DNA of 64,000 bases, from contig JBIJBE010000013.1 of assembly GCA_044345405.1 (NCBI GenBank), positions 17,893 to 81,892 of the forward strand, read 5' to 3'. This document shows, in pieces, positions 29,085 to 38,077 of this stretch. The position numbers and the translations under genes are program-made. The notes below the pieces were generated by a model. The model did not search any database. It was not told the origin of the DNA and worked only from the letters and a program-made list of their open reading frames with translations. Source of the DNA: Bdellovibrionota bacterium (GTDB lineage: Bacteria; Bdellovibrionota_C; UBA2361; OMII01). The first letter of the stretch is position 1, and each line of letters opens with the position of its first letter.

Positions 29085-32000
29085 CTAGGCCTTGTAACGA
29101 ATATCATTGAGGTAGCTAACCGATGGCTGCGTGTTGAGGTGGTGATCGAGCACCTTGTACGCACGCTCATGCTTCGCGACCTTGCTAACCTTACTGTTCG
29201 CATCCTTAAGGTTTCCGAAGGTGAGAGCTTGAGTCGGACATGTCTGTACGCACGCCGGTGTAACCTCACCATCCTCCACCAATCGACCAAGGTCCTTGGC
29301 GACATCCTTCGCCTCAGCGATACGCTGAACACAGAAGGTACACTTCTCCATCACTCCGACCGTTCTCTTCGTAACGTCCGGGTTAACCTGCCAGTCGAGA
29401 AGCTCAGGCCACTCATACTGGAACCAGTTGAAGCGTCGAACTTTGTAGGAACAGTTGTTCGAGCAGTAACGAGTACCCACGCAACGGTTGTAGACCATCG
29501 CGTTCATACCCTCTTCGTTGTGGTAGGTAGCGTACACTGGACATACTGGCTCACATGGAGCGTTCTGACAGTGCTGACACATCATCGGAAGGAAGCTGAC
29601 CTTCAACTCCTCTCCACCATCCTCGGTCTTGATTGAATCGTAGTAACGCTCGATACGGATCCACGCCATCTCTCGGCCTTGGTTCACGATCTTCTTTCCT
29701 ACAACTGGAATGTTGTTCTCCGCCTGACAAGCGACAACGCACGCCGAACATCCGGTACACGCCGCGAGATCGATAGCGAGACCCCACTCATAGAGCGGAT
29801 GCTCACGCTGTTCGTACATCTGCTTTGGTTCGTGGTGCCCACTGTGGCCTTCGCCGTGCCCATCGCCGTGTCCAGCGGCGTGCGCGTCACCAACCGCATG
29901 GCTGGCCGCTACAGCTCCCGCGCCGATAATGCTGGTTCGCGCAAGCTCACGGTCCAACTGATCGGAGAAGTCTTGAACGGTAACGAGGTCACCCTTTCCA
30001 AGTCCACGAATGACTTTGACTGGGCTGCCCGTAAGCGGCAAGGCGGCGGCGCCGGTCGCGAGCGTCTTCGGAAGAAGGCCGTACACACTTCCGTTACCAC
30101 CAGCCTTCGCGTACCGACCGTACGCGGTGTGGCCTTGTCCGAGTGGGATAGCCACGATGCCAGGATGTACGTGCTCAGTCACATACGCTGGAACGTGCGC
30201 CTCTCCGTCGTCGGTACGAACGATAACGGCATCGCCTTGCTTCAGACCGAATCTCTTGGCGGTGTCTGGATGAATCTCAGCCCACGCGCCCCATACGGCT
30301 TGCGTGATAGGATCCGCCAACTCCTGCATCCAGGGCTTATTGGCGGCGCGACCATCGAAGGTCTTCACTGATGGGTATGGATAGAGAATCAACTCATCGT
30401 CGTGAAGATGAGGACTCGAGATGCCATACGACAACTGGAAGATCGAAGGGTTGATCGCGACCTTAGACGGAGCGCTGTTTGTTGAGGTAGGGAAGTATCC
30501 ACCCTTCTCAAGGCTCGCCATCCAGAACTTCTCGGTATCAGCTCCAGCCTGAGCCGCGGTAGCGGTCAGGAAACTAGCCTTCACGAACTTGTCGAATGAG
30601 GTGACCTCAGCCGGAACGATCGTCTTGTTAGCGTTCGACGCGATTGTGAGAAGAACATCCCCCACGCTCTGCGTATCGAAGATAGGACGCATCGATGGCT
30701 GAATAAGGCTGATAGCGTCCTTGGACGGACGTGTGTATCCCCAATCCTCAAGTCCAGTGTGCATTGGAAGGATGAAGTCAGCGAGCTGCGCTGTTTCATC
30801 CAAGAAGCTTGAGAAAGCGACCACAAGCCCCGCCTTCTTGGCACCATCCTTGATGCTAACCTGATTTACGGCGAAGTCGTATCCGTGAGCGGCTGGGAAT
30901 GTGAACGCTGGGTTCGACCCGTAGGTGAAAAGAACATCCACCTTGCCCTGCTGCATCTCGTTGATAGCGTCGGCGAGATCCGAAGCTGAGGAACGAGGCG
31001 TAGACATCTGGGCGATGTTTACGGTTTCTCCTACGTTACCAAGCATCACGTTCAAGATGTTCACAGCCACCTGAAGCGGAAGTGGGTTCGCGGTACTCGA
31101 CGCGGTACCACCAGCTAACACGAGTGACGTGTCAGCGTCGCTGAGGTATTGCGAAACAAGAAGGAGCTTCTCCTTCGAGATCCCTGTCTCCTCCTCAACC
31201 GCCTCAGCGGTAATCCCCTTGGTGAGCTCCTTGAGGCTCGAGAGCGTGTCACCGGAGAGTCCCTGGGTACGTCCACGTTGAATGAGTTGTCCGATAATGA
31301 AGAGAGCCGCGCGAACCTCTGAACCTGGGTTCGACTTCAACCAGAGATCAGCGTTTGCGCCGGTCAACGAGAGCCGTGGCTCGATGTGAACGAAGCGAAG
31401 TGGATGCTCCGAACGACGGGAATCAGCCCACTGACGCGCGTACCCCACCGGGTTAACGAACGTCTCAAGGAAGTCCGCGCCGAAGTTCACAACAACATCA
31501 GCCTTGTCGATCGAGAAAGTTGGAACACCGAAGGTGCCGTACACAAGCTCCGAAGCCTTCGCTACGGCGACCGGCTGCATCGGATCCCATACAACCTGAT
31601 TGAACCCAAGCTGCGAGACCCAAGGAGTAAGCAAATCTGTGTGAGCTGCTTGCGTTTCGCCTGTGATCAGCAACTTCTTATTCGTGGCGTTGGTAAGAGC
31701 CTCGTTAATCTTGCCGTACACCTCATCCCAGGTAGTCGCTTCGAAAACTGGGCCCTTGGCGGTCATCCCCTTCTTCTTAAGTGGTTGACGAATACGGTCC
31801 GAGTCGTAGAGCGATTGAAGCGTTGACTGTCCAAGAGCGCAAAGGCTTCCTCGGTTTACCGGGCTGTTTGGATTACCCTCAACCTTAACGGCGCGTCCCT
31901 CGCGAGTACGAACTCGGAGACCGCATCCCGCGGAGCACTCCGTACATGTGGAGCTGTACCATACCGATACACCGGGGATCTGCTCAGGATCCGCCTTTAC

Positions 32001-32171
32001 ATACGGAAGGATCTCCTGCTTCGCCGGCGACGCGCACGCCGCGGCTCCAACCGCCGATGTAGCTCCAAGAACCTGGAGGAACCGACGGCGAGTGATGTTT
32101 ACGAGCCCCTCTCCGTTCTGAGTCTCCGCCTGCTTGCGGTTCTCATTAAGCTGAACCAATTCGCCTTTCAT
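29085..32171 (-). CDS. actB: Alternative complex III subunit B (molybdopterin-oxidoreductase fold plus Fe-S domain), Tat lipoprotein
   Basis: Tat motif TRRRFLQ, lipobox-like GAAAC, molybdopterin-enzyme-like body, C-terminal Fe-S motifs CTGCSACVVAC, CQHCQNAPC..VCP, CVGTRYCSNNC and KCTFC. Start moved to ATG 32171. Confidence 0.93.
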   Translation of the reverse strand: MKGELVQLNENRKQAETQNGEGLVNITRRRFLQVLGATSAVGAAACASPAKQEILPYVKADPEQIPGVSVWYSSTCTECSAGCGLRVRTREGRAVKVEGNPNSPVNRGSLCALGQSTLQSLYDSDRIRQPLKKKGMTAKGPVFEATTWDEVYGKINEALTNATNKKLLITGETQAAHTDLLTPWVSQLGFNQVVWDPMQPVAVAKASELVYGTFGVPTFSIDKADVVVNFGADFLETFVNPVGYARQWADSRRSEHPLRFVHIEPRLSLTGANADLWLKSNPGSEVRAALFIIGQLIQRGRTQGLSGDTLSSLKELTKGITAEAVEEETGISKEKLLLVSQYLSDADTSLVLAGGTASSTANPLPLQVAVNILNVMLGNVGETVNIAQMSTPRSSASDLADAINEMQQGKVDVLFTYGSNPAFTFPAAHGYDFAVNQVSIKDGAKKAGLVVAFSSFLDETAQLADFILPMHTGLEDWGYTRPSKDAISLIQPSMRPIFDTQSVGDVLLTIASNANKTIVPAEVTSFDKFVKASFLTATAAQAGADTEKFWMASLEKGGYFPTSTNSAPSKVAINPSIFQLSYGISSPHLHDDELILYPYPSVKTFDGRAANKPWMQELADPITQAVWGAWAEIHPDTAKRFGLKQGDAVIVRTDDGEAHVPAYVTEHVHPGIVAIPLGQGHTAYGRYAKAGGNGSVYGLLPKTLATGAAALPLTGSPVKVIRGLGKGDLVTVQDFSDQLDRELARTSIIGAGAVAASHAVGDAHAAGHGDGHGEGHSGHHEPKQMYEQREHPLYEWGLAIDLAACTGCSACVVACQAENNIPVVGKKIVNQGREMAWIRIERYYDSIKTEDGGEELKVSFLPMMCQHCQNAPCEPVCPVYATYHNEEGMNAMVYNRCVGTRYCSNNCSYKVRRFNWFQYEWPELLDWQVNPDVTKRTVGVMEKCTFCVQRIAEAKDVAKDLGRLVEDGEVTPACVQTCPTQALTFGNLKDANSKVSKVAKHERAYKVLDHHLNTQPSVSYLNDIRYKA

Positions 32172-32210
32172 TTTCGACCTCAAATAAAATCTTGATCCGT
32201 TGCGTCTGCT

Positions 32211-32909
32211 CTATCTGTGACCGTGACACACTAAGCAATCGATGCTCGCTCCTCGCTGACGGTGACAGTCGATACACCATCCCATCTTCATCGAGGAAAC
32301 ACGCTCAACCTTCTCCATCTCTGGAATCTGGCCGTGACACTCTTGACAGGAGACTCCCGCCTTAACGTGACGCTTGTGATTGAACTTTAGGTAGTCAGGC
32401 ATGACGTGGACCTTGACCCACGGAATAGGCTGACCGTTCTTGTAGTATTCCTTGAGCTTCTCGATGTCCTTTTTGCCCTGCTCCGACTTACCGGCAACAA
32501 GCGCTCCGTGACATCCCATACAGGTCTCAACTTCTGGAATCGCCGCGTAGGAAGCCTTAGCCACAGACCAGTGGCAGTACTGACACTCCATCTTGTTCTG
32601 CTGAACGTGGATGACGTGGCTGAAGTTGATTGGCTGCTCTGGCTTGTAACCGCGAGCGCGTTGGGGAGGACCGAAGTAATGGAAATGGTCCCAGATGTTA
32701 AGATCCCAGAGAGCCGCTTGGCCATCGTTGAACACGCCGGTTCGAACACCAACCTTCGGATAGTCTGAGGCCGGAGAGCCAGAGGACTCGGTGCTAGCGT
32801 CCTGCGCGATAGCCGCAGTCGTCACACTTCCCCCTTTGAATCCAATGAAGAGAGCCGCAACTGTCAGAACACAGGCTCCCGCGAATGCTAATCTGATTTT
32901 GTTTATCAT
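32211..32909 (-). CDS. actA: Alternative complex III subunit A, pentaheme cytochrome c
   Basis: Five CxxCH motifs (CQYCH, CMGCH, CQECH, CIDCH, CLVCH), QPINFSH, FNHKRH, MGWC. Start uncertain (32909, 32966 or 33014). Confidence 0.9.
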   Translation of the reverse strand: MINKIRLAFAGACVLTVAALFIGFKGGSVTTAAIAQDASTESSGSPASDYPKVGVRTGVFNDGQAALWDLNIWDHFHYFGPPQRARGYKPEQPINFSHVIHVQQNKMECQYCHWSVAKASYAAIPEVETCMGCHGALVAGKSEQGKKDIEKLKEYYKNGQPIPWVKVHVMPDYLKFNHKRHVKAGVSCQECHGQIPEMEKVERVSSMKMGWCIDCHRQRGASIDCLVCHGHR

Positions 32910-33068
32910 GGATGAAGCAGATACCAGGAAGGGCCGACTTTCGGTGGCCGGTGATCCCCGAGCCATCGTGTACTGCCCACCTGTGATACAAAAAAGGTGA
33001 AGCCATCTCCCCACGATCTAAGGTACTACTAACGAGACGGGGGAACCGGGCCTAAGGACCTAGAACCT

Positions 33069-33096
33069 TTGACAAATCACGTCTCGGTTGTATCTT
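33069..33096 (+). promoter_or_regulatory. Putative sigma70 promoter for gabD
   Basis: TTGACA-16 nt-TATCTT in the divergent actA/gabD intergenic region. Confidence 0.35.
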
Positions 33097-33223
33097 CTGG
33101 TAAACCGTGGGCAAATCTTCGCGCTAAGATTTAGATCGAAATGAGAAATATTGAAATATCCCATCGCAACTTAACGACGTTCTAAAATCAATCGGTTACC
33201 AACTTCCAAACGAGAGAGCGTGT

Positions 33224-34660
33224 ATGACACTCACCCCTTCTAAAAATTTCATTAACGGCGCATGGCAAGACTCCTCGTCAGGGGAGACGTTCGCGGTGAC
33301 AAATCCAGCGAACGACGAGGTACTTGCACAGGTGCCAGCGCTTGCGCCCAAGGACGTTGAGGAGGCAATCACCACCGCCCACCAAGCTTTTTACGCATGG
33401 CGAGAGGTTACCGCGCGAAAACGCTCCGATATCTTGCTCGCTATCGCGCAAGGGCTCGTGGCTCGAGCGGAGGAATTCGCAAACATAATAACCGCGGAAC
33501 AGGGCAAGCCTCTCGCCGAATCTCGCGGCGAGGTTATGTACTCGGCGAACTATTTTAGGTGGTTTTCAGAGGAGGCGGTTCGCGTCAACGGCGATATCAT
33601 CCCAGCCGACGCCCCGAACAAACGGATATTTGTTCTCAAACAGCCAGTAGGAGTTGTCGCCGCGATAACTCCGTGGAACTTTCCGATCGCGATGCTCGCT
33701 CGAAAACTCGGGGCGGCTCTCGCCGCCGGATGCGCGTTTATCGCCAAGCCAGCTCCGGAAACTCCCCTCTCCGCGCTCGCCCTTGCGGAGCTGTGCGCCC
33801 TCGCTGGAGTTCCCGCAGGTGTGTTCAACGTCATTACAGGTGACGCTGAAATGATCGGCTCTCAGCTCATGAAATCTCCACTTGTTCGCAAGGTCACCTT
33901 CACGGGCTCCACCGAGGTCGGTAAGATCCTCATCAGACAATCCGCTGAAACCGTGAAGAAATTAACCCTTGAATTGGGTGGGAACGCGCCATTCGTGGTG
34001 TTTGACGACGCGAACATCGAACAAGCAGTCGAAGGCGCCATCTACGGTAAGTATCGAAACGCCGGCCAAACGTGCATCTGCGTTAATCGGTTCCTTGTGC
34101 ACGAGAAGGTGCAGCAGGCGTTTACCGAGCGTTTAATTGCTCGCTCAAAGGAGCTCGTGGTTGGAGACGGATCAACTCCAACCACAACGGTGGGGCCACT
34201 CATCACCGATGAGGCGGCGGCTAAAGTAACTCGTTTGATCGAGTCAGCTCGTCGTGAAGGAGCGTCCATTCCACTCGCTCCGGTAGAGAGCTCCCGTGGA
34301 AAACGATTTATCTCACCTACCGTCATCACAGGTGTGAAACCATCAATGTCGATCTGGAGCGAAGAGATCTTTGGACCAGTCAGCGCCATAACGACCTTTA
34401 CGACAGATGACGAAGCTATCACTCTCGCGAACAGCACCCCCCACGGACTCGCCGCGTACGTCTACTCGAACAACCTCTCGCGCGCGATGAAGGTCAGCGA
34501 GCGGCTTGAGTACGGGATGGTTGGCATCAACGATACGGCCATTTCATCGGTTCAAGCTCCATTCGGCGGGATCAAGGAATCCGGATTCGGTCGAGAGGGA
34601 AGCAAGTACGGGATCGAGGATTATCTCGTGCTCAAGTATCTCTCAGTCGCCATGCCGTAA
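33224..34660 (+). CDS. gabD: NAD(P)-dependent succinate-semialdehyde dehydrogenase
   Basis: ITPWNFP, FTGSTEVG, LELGGNAPF, RNAGQTC, EEIFGP, GREGSKYG. Confidence 0.88.
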   Translation: MTLTPSKNFINGAWQDSSSGETFAVTNPANDEVLAQVPALAPKDVEEAITTAHQAFYAWREVTARKRSDILLAIAQGLVARAEEFANIITAEQGKPLAESRGEVMYSANYFRWFSEEAVRVNGDIIPADAPNKRIFVLKQPVGVVAAITPWNFPIAMLARKLGAALAAGCAFIAKPAPETPLSALALAELCALAGVPAGVFNVITGDAEMIGSQLMKSPLVRKVTFTGSTEVGKILIRQSAETVKKLTLELGGNAPFVVFDDANIEQAVEGAIYGKYRNAGQTCICVNRFLVHEKVQQAFTERLIARSKELVVGDGSTPTTTVGPLITDEAAAKVTRLIESARREGASIPLAPVESSRGKRFISPTVITGVKPSMSIWSEEIFGPVSAITTFTTDDEAITLANSTPHGLAAYVYSNNLSRAMKVSERLEYGMVGINDTAISSVQAPFGGIKESGFGREGSKYGIEDYLVLKYLSVAMP

Positions 34661-34661
34661 T

Positions 34662-36359
34662 TCACTGCCTTCGGGAAGGAGATACACTGGCGAGAGCGGG
34701 AGCTTCCCGAAGTTGCTTGGCGACCAAGAGCGCGTCGAGTACCCGCATCTCGTTTGGTCCCCATCCAGAACTCCGCGGTAGGTTGTAGTGCTCTTGAAAG
34801 AAGCTCACCACCTTCTGCATCTCAGGACCAAACTTTGAGTCAGCGGCTACGGTATAGCCAACCGAGGTGAGTCGCTGCTGCAACATTCGAATTAATGCGC
34901 CTTCGTTTGAGTGAGGTTTGAGCGTTATCGTCCCCGCTCGAACCGGATCCATGAGATCACATCCGCGCGGAGCCGTGCGCTCAAAGACCGCGGTCAACTG
35001 TTCAAACTGTTTCGAATGGGCATACTCGTTGACGGCGCGAGCCCGGCGAATCCACCCCTCAAGGTGGCCGGATTGATCGATCGGGCGCTTAAAGCCCGGC
35101 GCTTTCCCCTGCGAAACCGCCTCGTCGTATTCCTGAATTTTAGCGCTCACTCGCGCGACTTTGTCCCGATGTCGCGCGATACGAACCTCTGTGATCTTGT
35201 CACATACCGCGTCGGCTCCAAGCGCATTCATCGCCTTTACCGTCGCGGAGTCGATCTTAGCGGTCTGAGACACTCCAAGAGCGCTCTGCAAAGCACTCAA
35301 CGTTGAATCCCGGCCACCCAACACTCCCCAATCAAAGAGGAGAAACGCGACCTGCTTGTCCAGAGATTTGAAATCCTGCTTCCAATAGTTTCGAGCGTAG
35401 ATGTCGAGAGCCTCATCGTAGGTGAGCGCCTTAATTCGAGCGGTCAGCTCCTCCCCCGAAGGCTTGCGGTCAGCCCCCTCGGTGGCTTTGATGTATTCAG
35501 TCATCGCCATGCCCGTTATTCCAAAGTTGGTAATCTTCACACTGCCCTGATGCGCCAGATCCTTGGAGTTCTGTGACAATCCACCCTCATGAGTTAGGGA
35601 GCGCATGACACTTACGAAAAAACTAGGCGCGGGCTGGCTCGGAAGAGGTGACACAAATCGGGAGTTGAGCAGGGCCGGATCAACCGGAACTGGCTTCCAC
35701 TGCCCGGGGGTCGTAGCGACATCCGGGCGTTGGGGCGCCGCGGGGATGGTTCGCGGTAAAAACTCGGGAGACTTGCTCGAAACTGTGGACGGCGGAGTCG
35801 GCGTGACCGCGCGTTCGGTTCGTTGCGCGGGTGGCGGCTCCGGAGCGTGAGCAGCACGAGGCTCACGAGCTCCTTGAACGGGAAGAAAGATCGGCTGACC
35901 GATCTGTAAATTCGTTGGAGCGACCTTTGGATTAGCCGCAAGAAGATCGTTAACCGGGATCTTCATCTCAGAGGCGATCTTTCCAATCGTGTCTCCCGCC
36001 TTTACGATCCTAAAATTCTGTTGCACACCTGGGATACGAAGCGTATGCCCCGGCATCAATTTCGTCGGTTCAAGCTCAGGGTTCTCGGCGAAAAGCGCGC
36101 GTACCGGCACCTTGAAGCGCGCGGCTATCGTCGATGGATTATCACCAGGCTGTATTCGATACACCGCGATTGGAACAGCGGAGGCATCGGGAGCGGAGGA
36201 AGAGGCAACCGTGTGAGCTCTGGTTGTCTGAGCCGATGTCATAATCCGCTGAGCCGTCGCGCCACGCTCCGGCATCGAGAGAGCCTCAGAGTGCTTCTCA
36301 ACCTGCGGAGCGCCAATCTGCGAAGACGTTCGCGGAGTGGATACTGGATTAGGACTCAT
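34662..36359 (-). CDS. Peptidoglycan hydrolase: two LysM domains, GH108 muramidase and PG-binding domains
   Basis: LysM repeats (YRIQPGDNPSTIA; IVKAGDTIGKIA); GH108 motifs HEGG...D...TNFGIT, IY..NYW, FD.GV, GWIRR; C-terminal PG_binding_1-like LQQRL..VGY...DSKFG......V..FQ. Confidence 0.8.
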   Translation of the reverse strand: MSPNPVSTPRTSSQIGAPQVEKHSEALSMPERGATAQRIMTSAQTTRAHTVASSSAPDASAVPIAVYRIQPGDNPSTIAARFKVPVRALFAENPELEPTKLMPGHTLRIPGVQQNFRIVKAGDTIGKIASEMKIPVNDLLAANPKVAPTNLQIGQPIFLPVQGAREPRAAHAPEPPPAQRTERAVTPTPPSTVSSKSPEFLPRTIPAAPQRPDVATTPGQWKPVPVDPALLNSRFVSPLPSQPAPSFFVSVMRSLTHEGGLSQNSKDLAHQGSVKITNFGITGMAMTEYIKATEGADRKPSGEELTARIKALTYDEALDIYARNYWKQDFKSLDKQVAFLLFDWGVLGGRDSTLSALQSALGVSQTAKIDSATVKAMNALGADAVCDKITEVRIARHRDKVARVSAKIQEYDEAVSQGKAPGFKRPIDQSGHLEGWIRRARAVNEYAHSKQFEQLTAVFERTAPRGCDLMDPVRAGTITLKPHSNEGALIRMLQQRLTSVGYTVAADSKFGPEMQKVVSFFQEHYNLPRSSGWGPNEMRVLDALLVAKQLREAPALASVSPSRRQ

Positions 36360-36481
36360 ACAACCTCATAACAACCGCTGAGGTTATGAGGTGATACTAA
36401 GGAGCGGTTGCACACTTCACGCGAGAGGAAGGAACATATCCTGATTTCTCGCACGATGAGCTACGAAAAGCCCTCATGGAG

Positions 36482-37288
36482 TCATTTCCAAATCGCCTTT
36501 GAAACAGCCTCAGCAATCTCTCGAATGAGCGAACGGACCTGCTCGAAGCCCTTACCACGGACCGTTTTCTCTTCATCCATATAGGTCGCTCGATTAATCT
36601 CGAGCATAAACGAGGTTACTCGCCTATCGCCGTACATTGAGAGTGGAACTACCGTTCCCGCGAAGGGTCGATTAACGCCGAACGTGTAACCGGCCGCGGT
36701 AACAATCCGCCGCACCTCTTCCCTCACCCACTCCGGCGTGTGAATTGGATCGTCACCAAACACGACATCAGCGCGAGGAGCGTCGCCGTATAACTCATAT
36801 GGCAAAGCCTTCTCCGGATAGGAATGACAATCGATCAAGACGCATCGTCCGAAGGTCGCGACGACATGCTCAATCCGCTCCGTAAGCGCTTTGTGGTACG
36901 GACGATAAAACTCCTTAAGAAGCGCCTCCCGCTCACGGCTCGTGATATCACGGCGAATGCGCTGCCTTGCGGTGCCGTGTGTGTATACGACTCCCATGCC
37001 CTGTTGAGCCATACACTCCTGGGCATCTTCCTCGAAACGCTCCGGGTCACACACGAATCGACTCACCATGTAGCGCATCAGCGTACCGCCAAGTTCAGCG
37101 ACCGGCCCGTAGAGATCATCCGTGAACCAATCAACGAGTTTCCGATTCTCCTCGTGAAGCTCATCCTCGGAGACCATGAACTGATACAGTACGTGCTCAG
37201 GAATAAAACTCGAACTGTGTGGAATGTGCGCGACAACTGGAACGGTAGGCGAGCTATTCACAATAATTGGATCGGTGCTCGGTTTCAT
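36482..37288 (-). CDS. N-formylglutamate amidohydrolase family protein
   Basis: HIPHSS, DWFTD.LY, SRFVCDPER, YRPYH, IDCHSYP, NRPFAG, MLEINRATYM. Confidence 0.9.
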   Translation of the reverse strand: MKPSTDPIIVNSSPTVPVVAHIPHSSSFIPEHVLYQFMVSEDELHEENRKLVDWFTDDLYGPVAELGGTLMRYMVSRFVCDPERFEEDAQECMAQQGMGVVYTHGTARQRIRRDITSREREALLKEFYRPYHKALTERIEHVVATFGRCVLIDCHSYPEKALPYELYGDAPRADVVFGDDPIHTPEWVREEVRRIVTAAGYTFGVNRPFAGTVVPLSMYGDRRVTSFMLEINRATYMDEEKTVRGKGFEQVRSLIREIAEAVSKAIWK

Positions 37289-37815
37289 CGTGACATCTCC
37301 ACATAATCAGGTCGGCCCCACGCCGCGTAGTCCCACGTTTTCGGGGCGTATTCATCATTCCAGGGAGCTCGAAGGCTCTCCTTGAATCCGTGTCGACCGT
37401 ACAGCGAGGGAAGCTTGCCTCGTGTATCGTAACAACTCAGTTTCCACGCTCCCAGTTCAACCGCGAAGGCTACTAACGCGTCGCCGTAGTGCGCCCCTGG
37501 AAGACTGAAAAGCGAGCCGAGCTCGCCGTCAATTAAGGCCACACCACCTCGCCCATCTAAGGTCAGAAAGAGTCGCGCTCCCTTAGAGGCGTACTCCTCT
37601 TGGGAATAGGGAACGATGAATCCTCGCAGATGAGAGGGAAGAGAATCCCTTGAGACGATAAACTTCTCCATCTCGTGGACAGTGTGACACTCCACTATCG
37701 CGCGGGCACGAAAGGGCGACGGGCCTCCGTCCATCGGGAATGAGGCAGTGGAGAGGGAGAACACCTCATCCGAAGGAATTTCAGGAACGGGAACGCGATC
37801 GAGGTCTGGCGTCAT
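37285..37815 (-). CDS. Hypothetical protein, phage-type GNAT-like domain
   Basis: LFLT.DG..G.AL..GELGSLFS...G...L.CYD...L..LY..HGF and WNDEYAP..WDY...GRPD.V.M, recalled from phage GNAT-like domains. Confidence 0.55.
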   Translation of the reverse strand: MTPDLDRVPVPEIPSDEVFSLSTASFPMDGGPSPFRARAIVECHTVHEMEKFIVSRDSLPSHLRGFIVPYSQEEYASKGARLFLTLDGRGGVALIDGELGSLFSLPGAHYGDALVAFAVELGAWKLSCYDTRGKLPSLYGRHGFKESLRAPWNDEYAPKTWDYAAWGRPDYVEMSR

Positions 37816-37950
37816 TGGCCACCGAACAAAAACAGATTGTCGTAATCGTCAGAAGGTTTTTCCCTGTCGGCGAACCAACGAGAGACTAATCCTCGCCCGG
37901 TAGTGATACCGAGCTAAAAGCCCCACCGAATTGTGAGACCTTTTGTCTGG

Positions 37951-38063
37951 GAAGCACCGTGTGTTCGTTGGGAACGAACATCGGCTGCTGTGCGCTTAAC
38001 CGGGCCAGAACCCTAGGCGCACTCTTGATTTCGTGAGGACACTACCACGAGACGGTGTGCTTC
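37951..38063. other. Predicted four-way-junction structured element in the tdk-GNAT intergenic region
   Basis: Closing stem GAAGC-ACCGT / ACGGT-GT-GCTTC encloses three hairpins: TGTTCGTT/AACGAACA, GTGCGC/GCGCAC and TCGTG/CACGA. Confidence 0.4.
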
Positions 38064-38077
38064 TTCAATCCGCTGTA

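Noticed and set aside
33069-33080. TTGACAAATCAC as a possible FNR box for the act operon
   Set aside because: The spacing does not fit TTGAT-N4-ATCAA; it reads better as a -35 element.
37990-38022. GTGCG start resembling a group II intron 5' end
   Set aside because: No domain V, no RT gene, and the interval is far too short.
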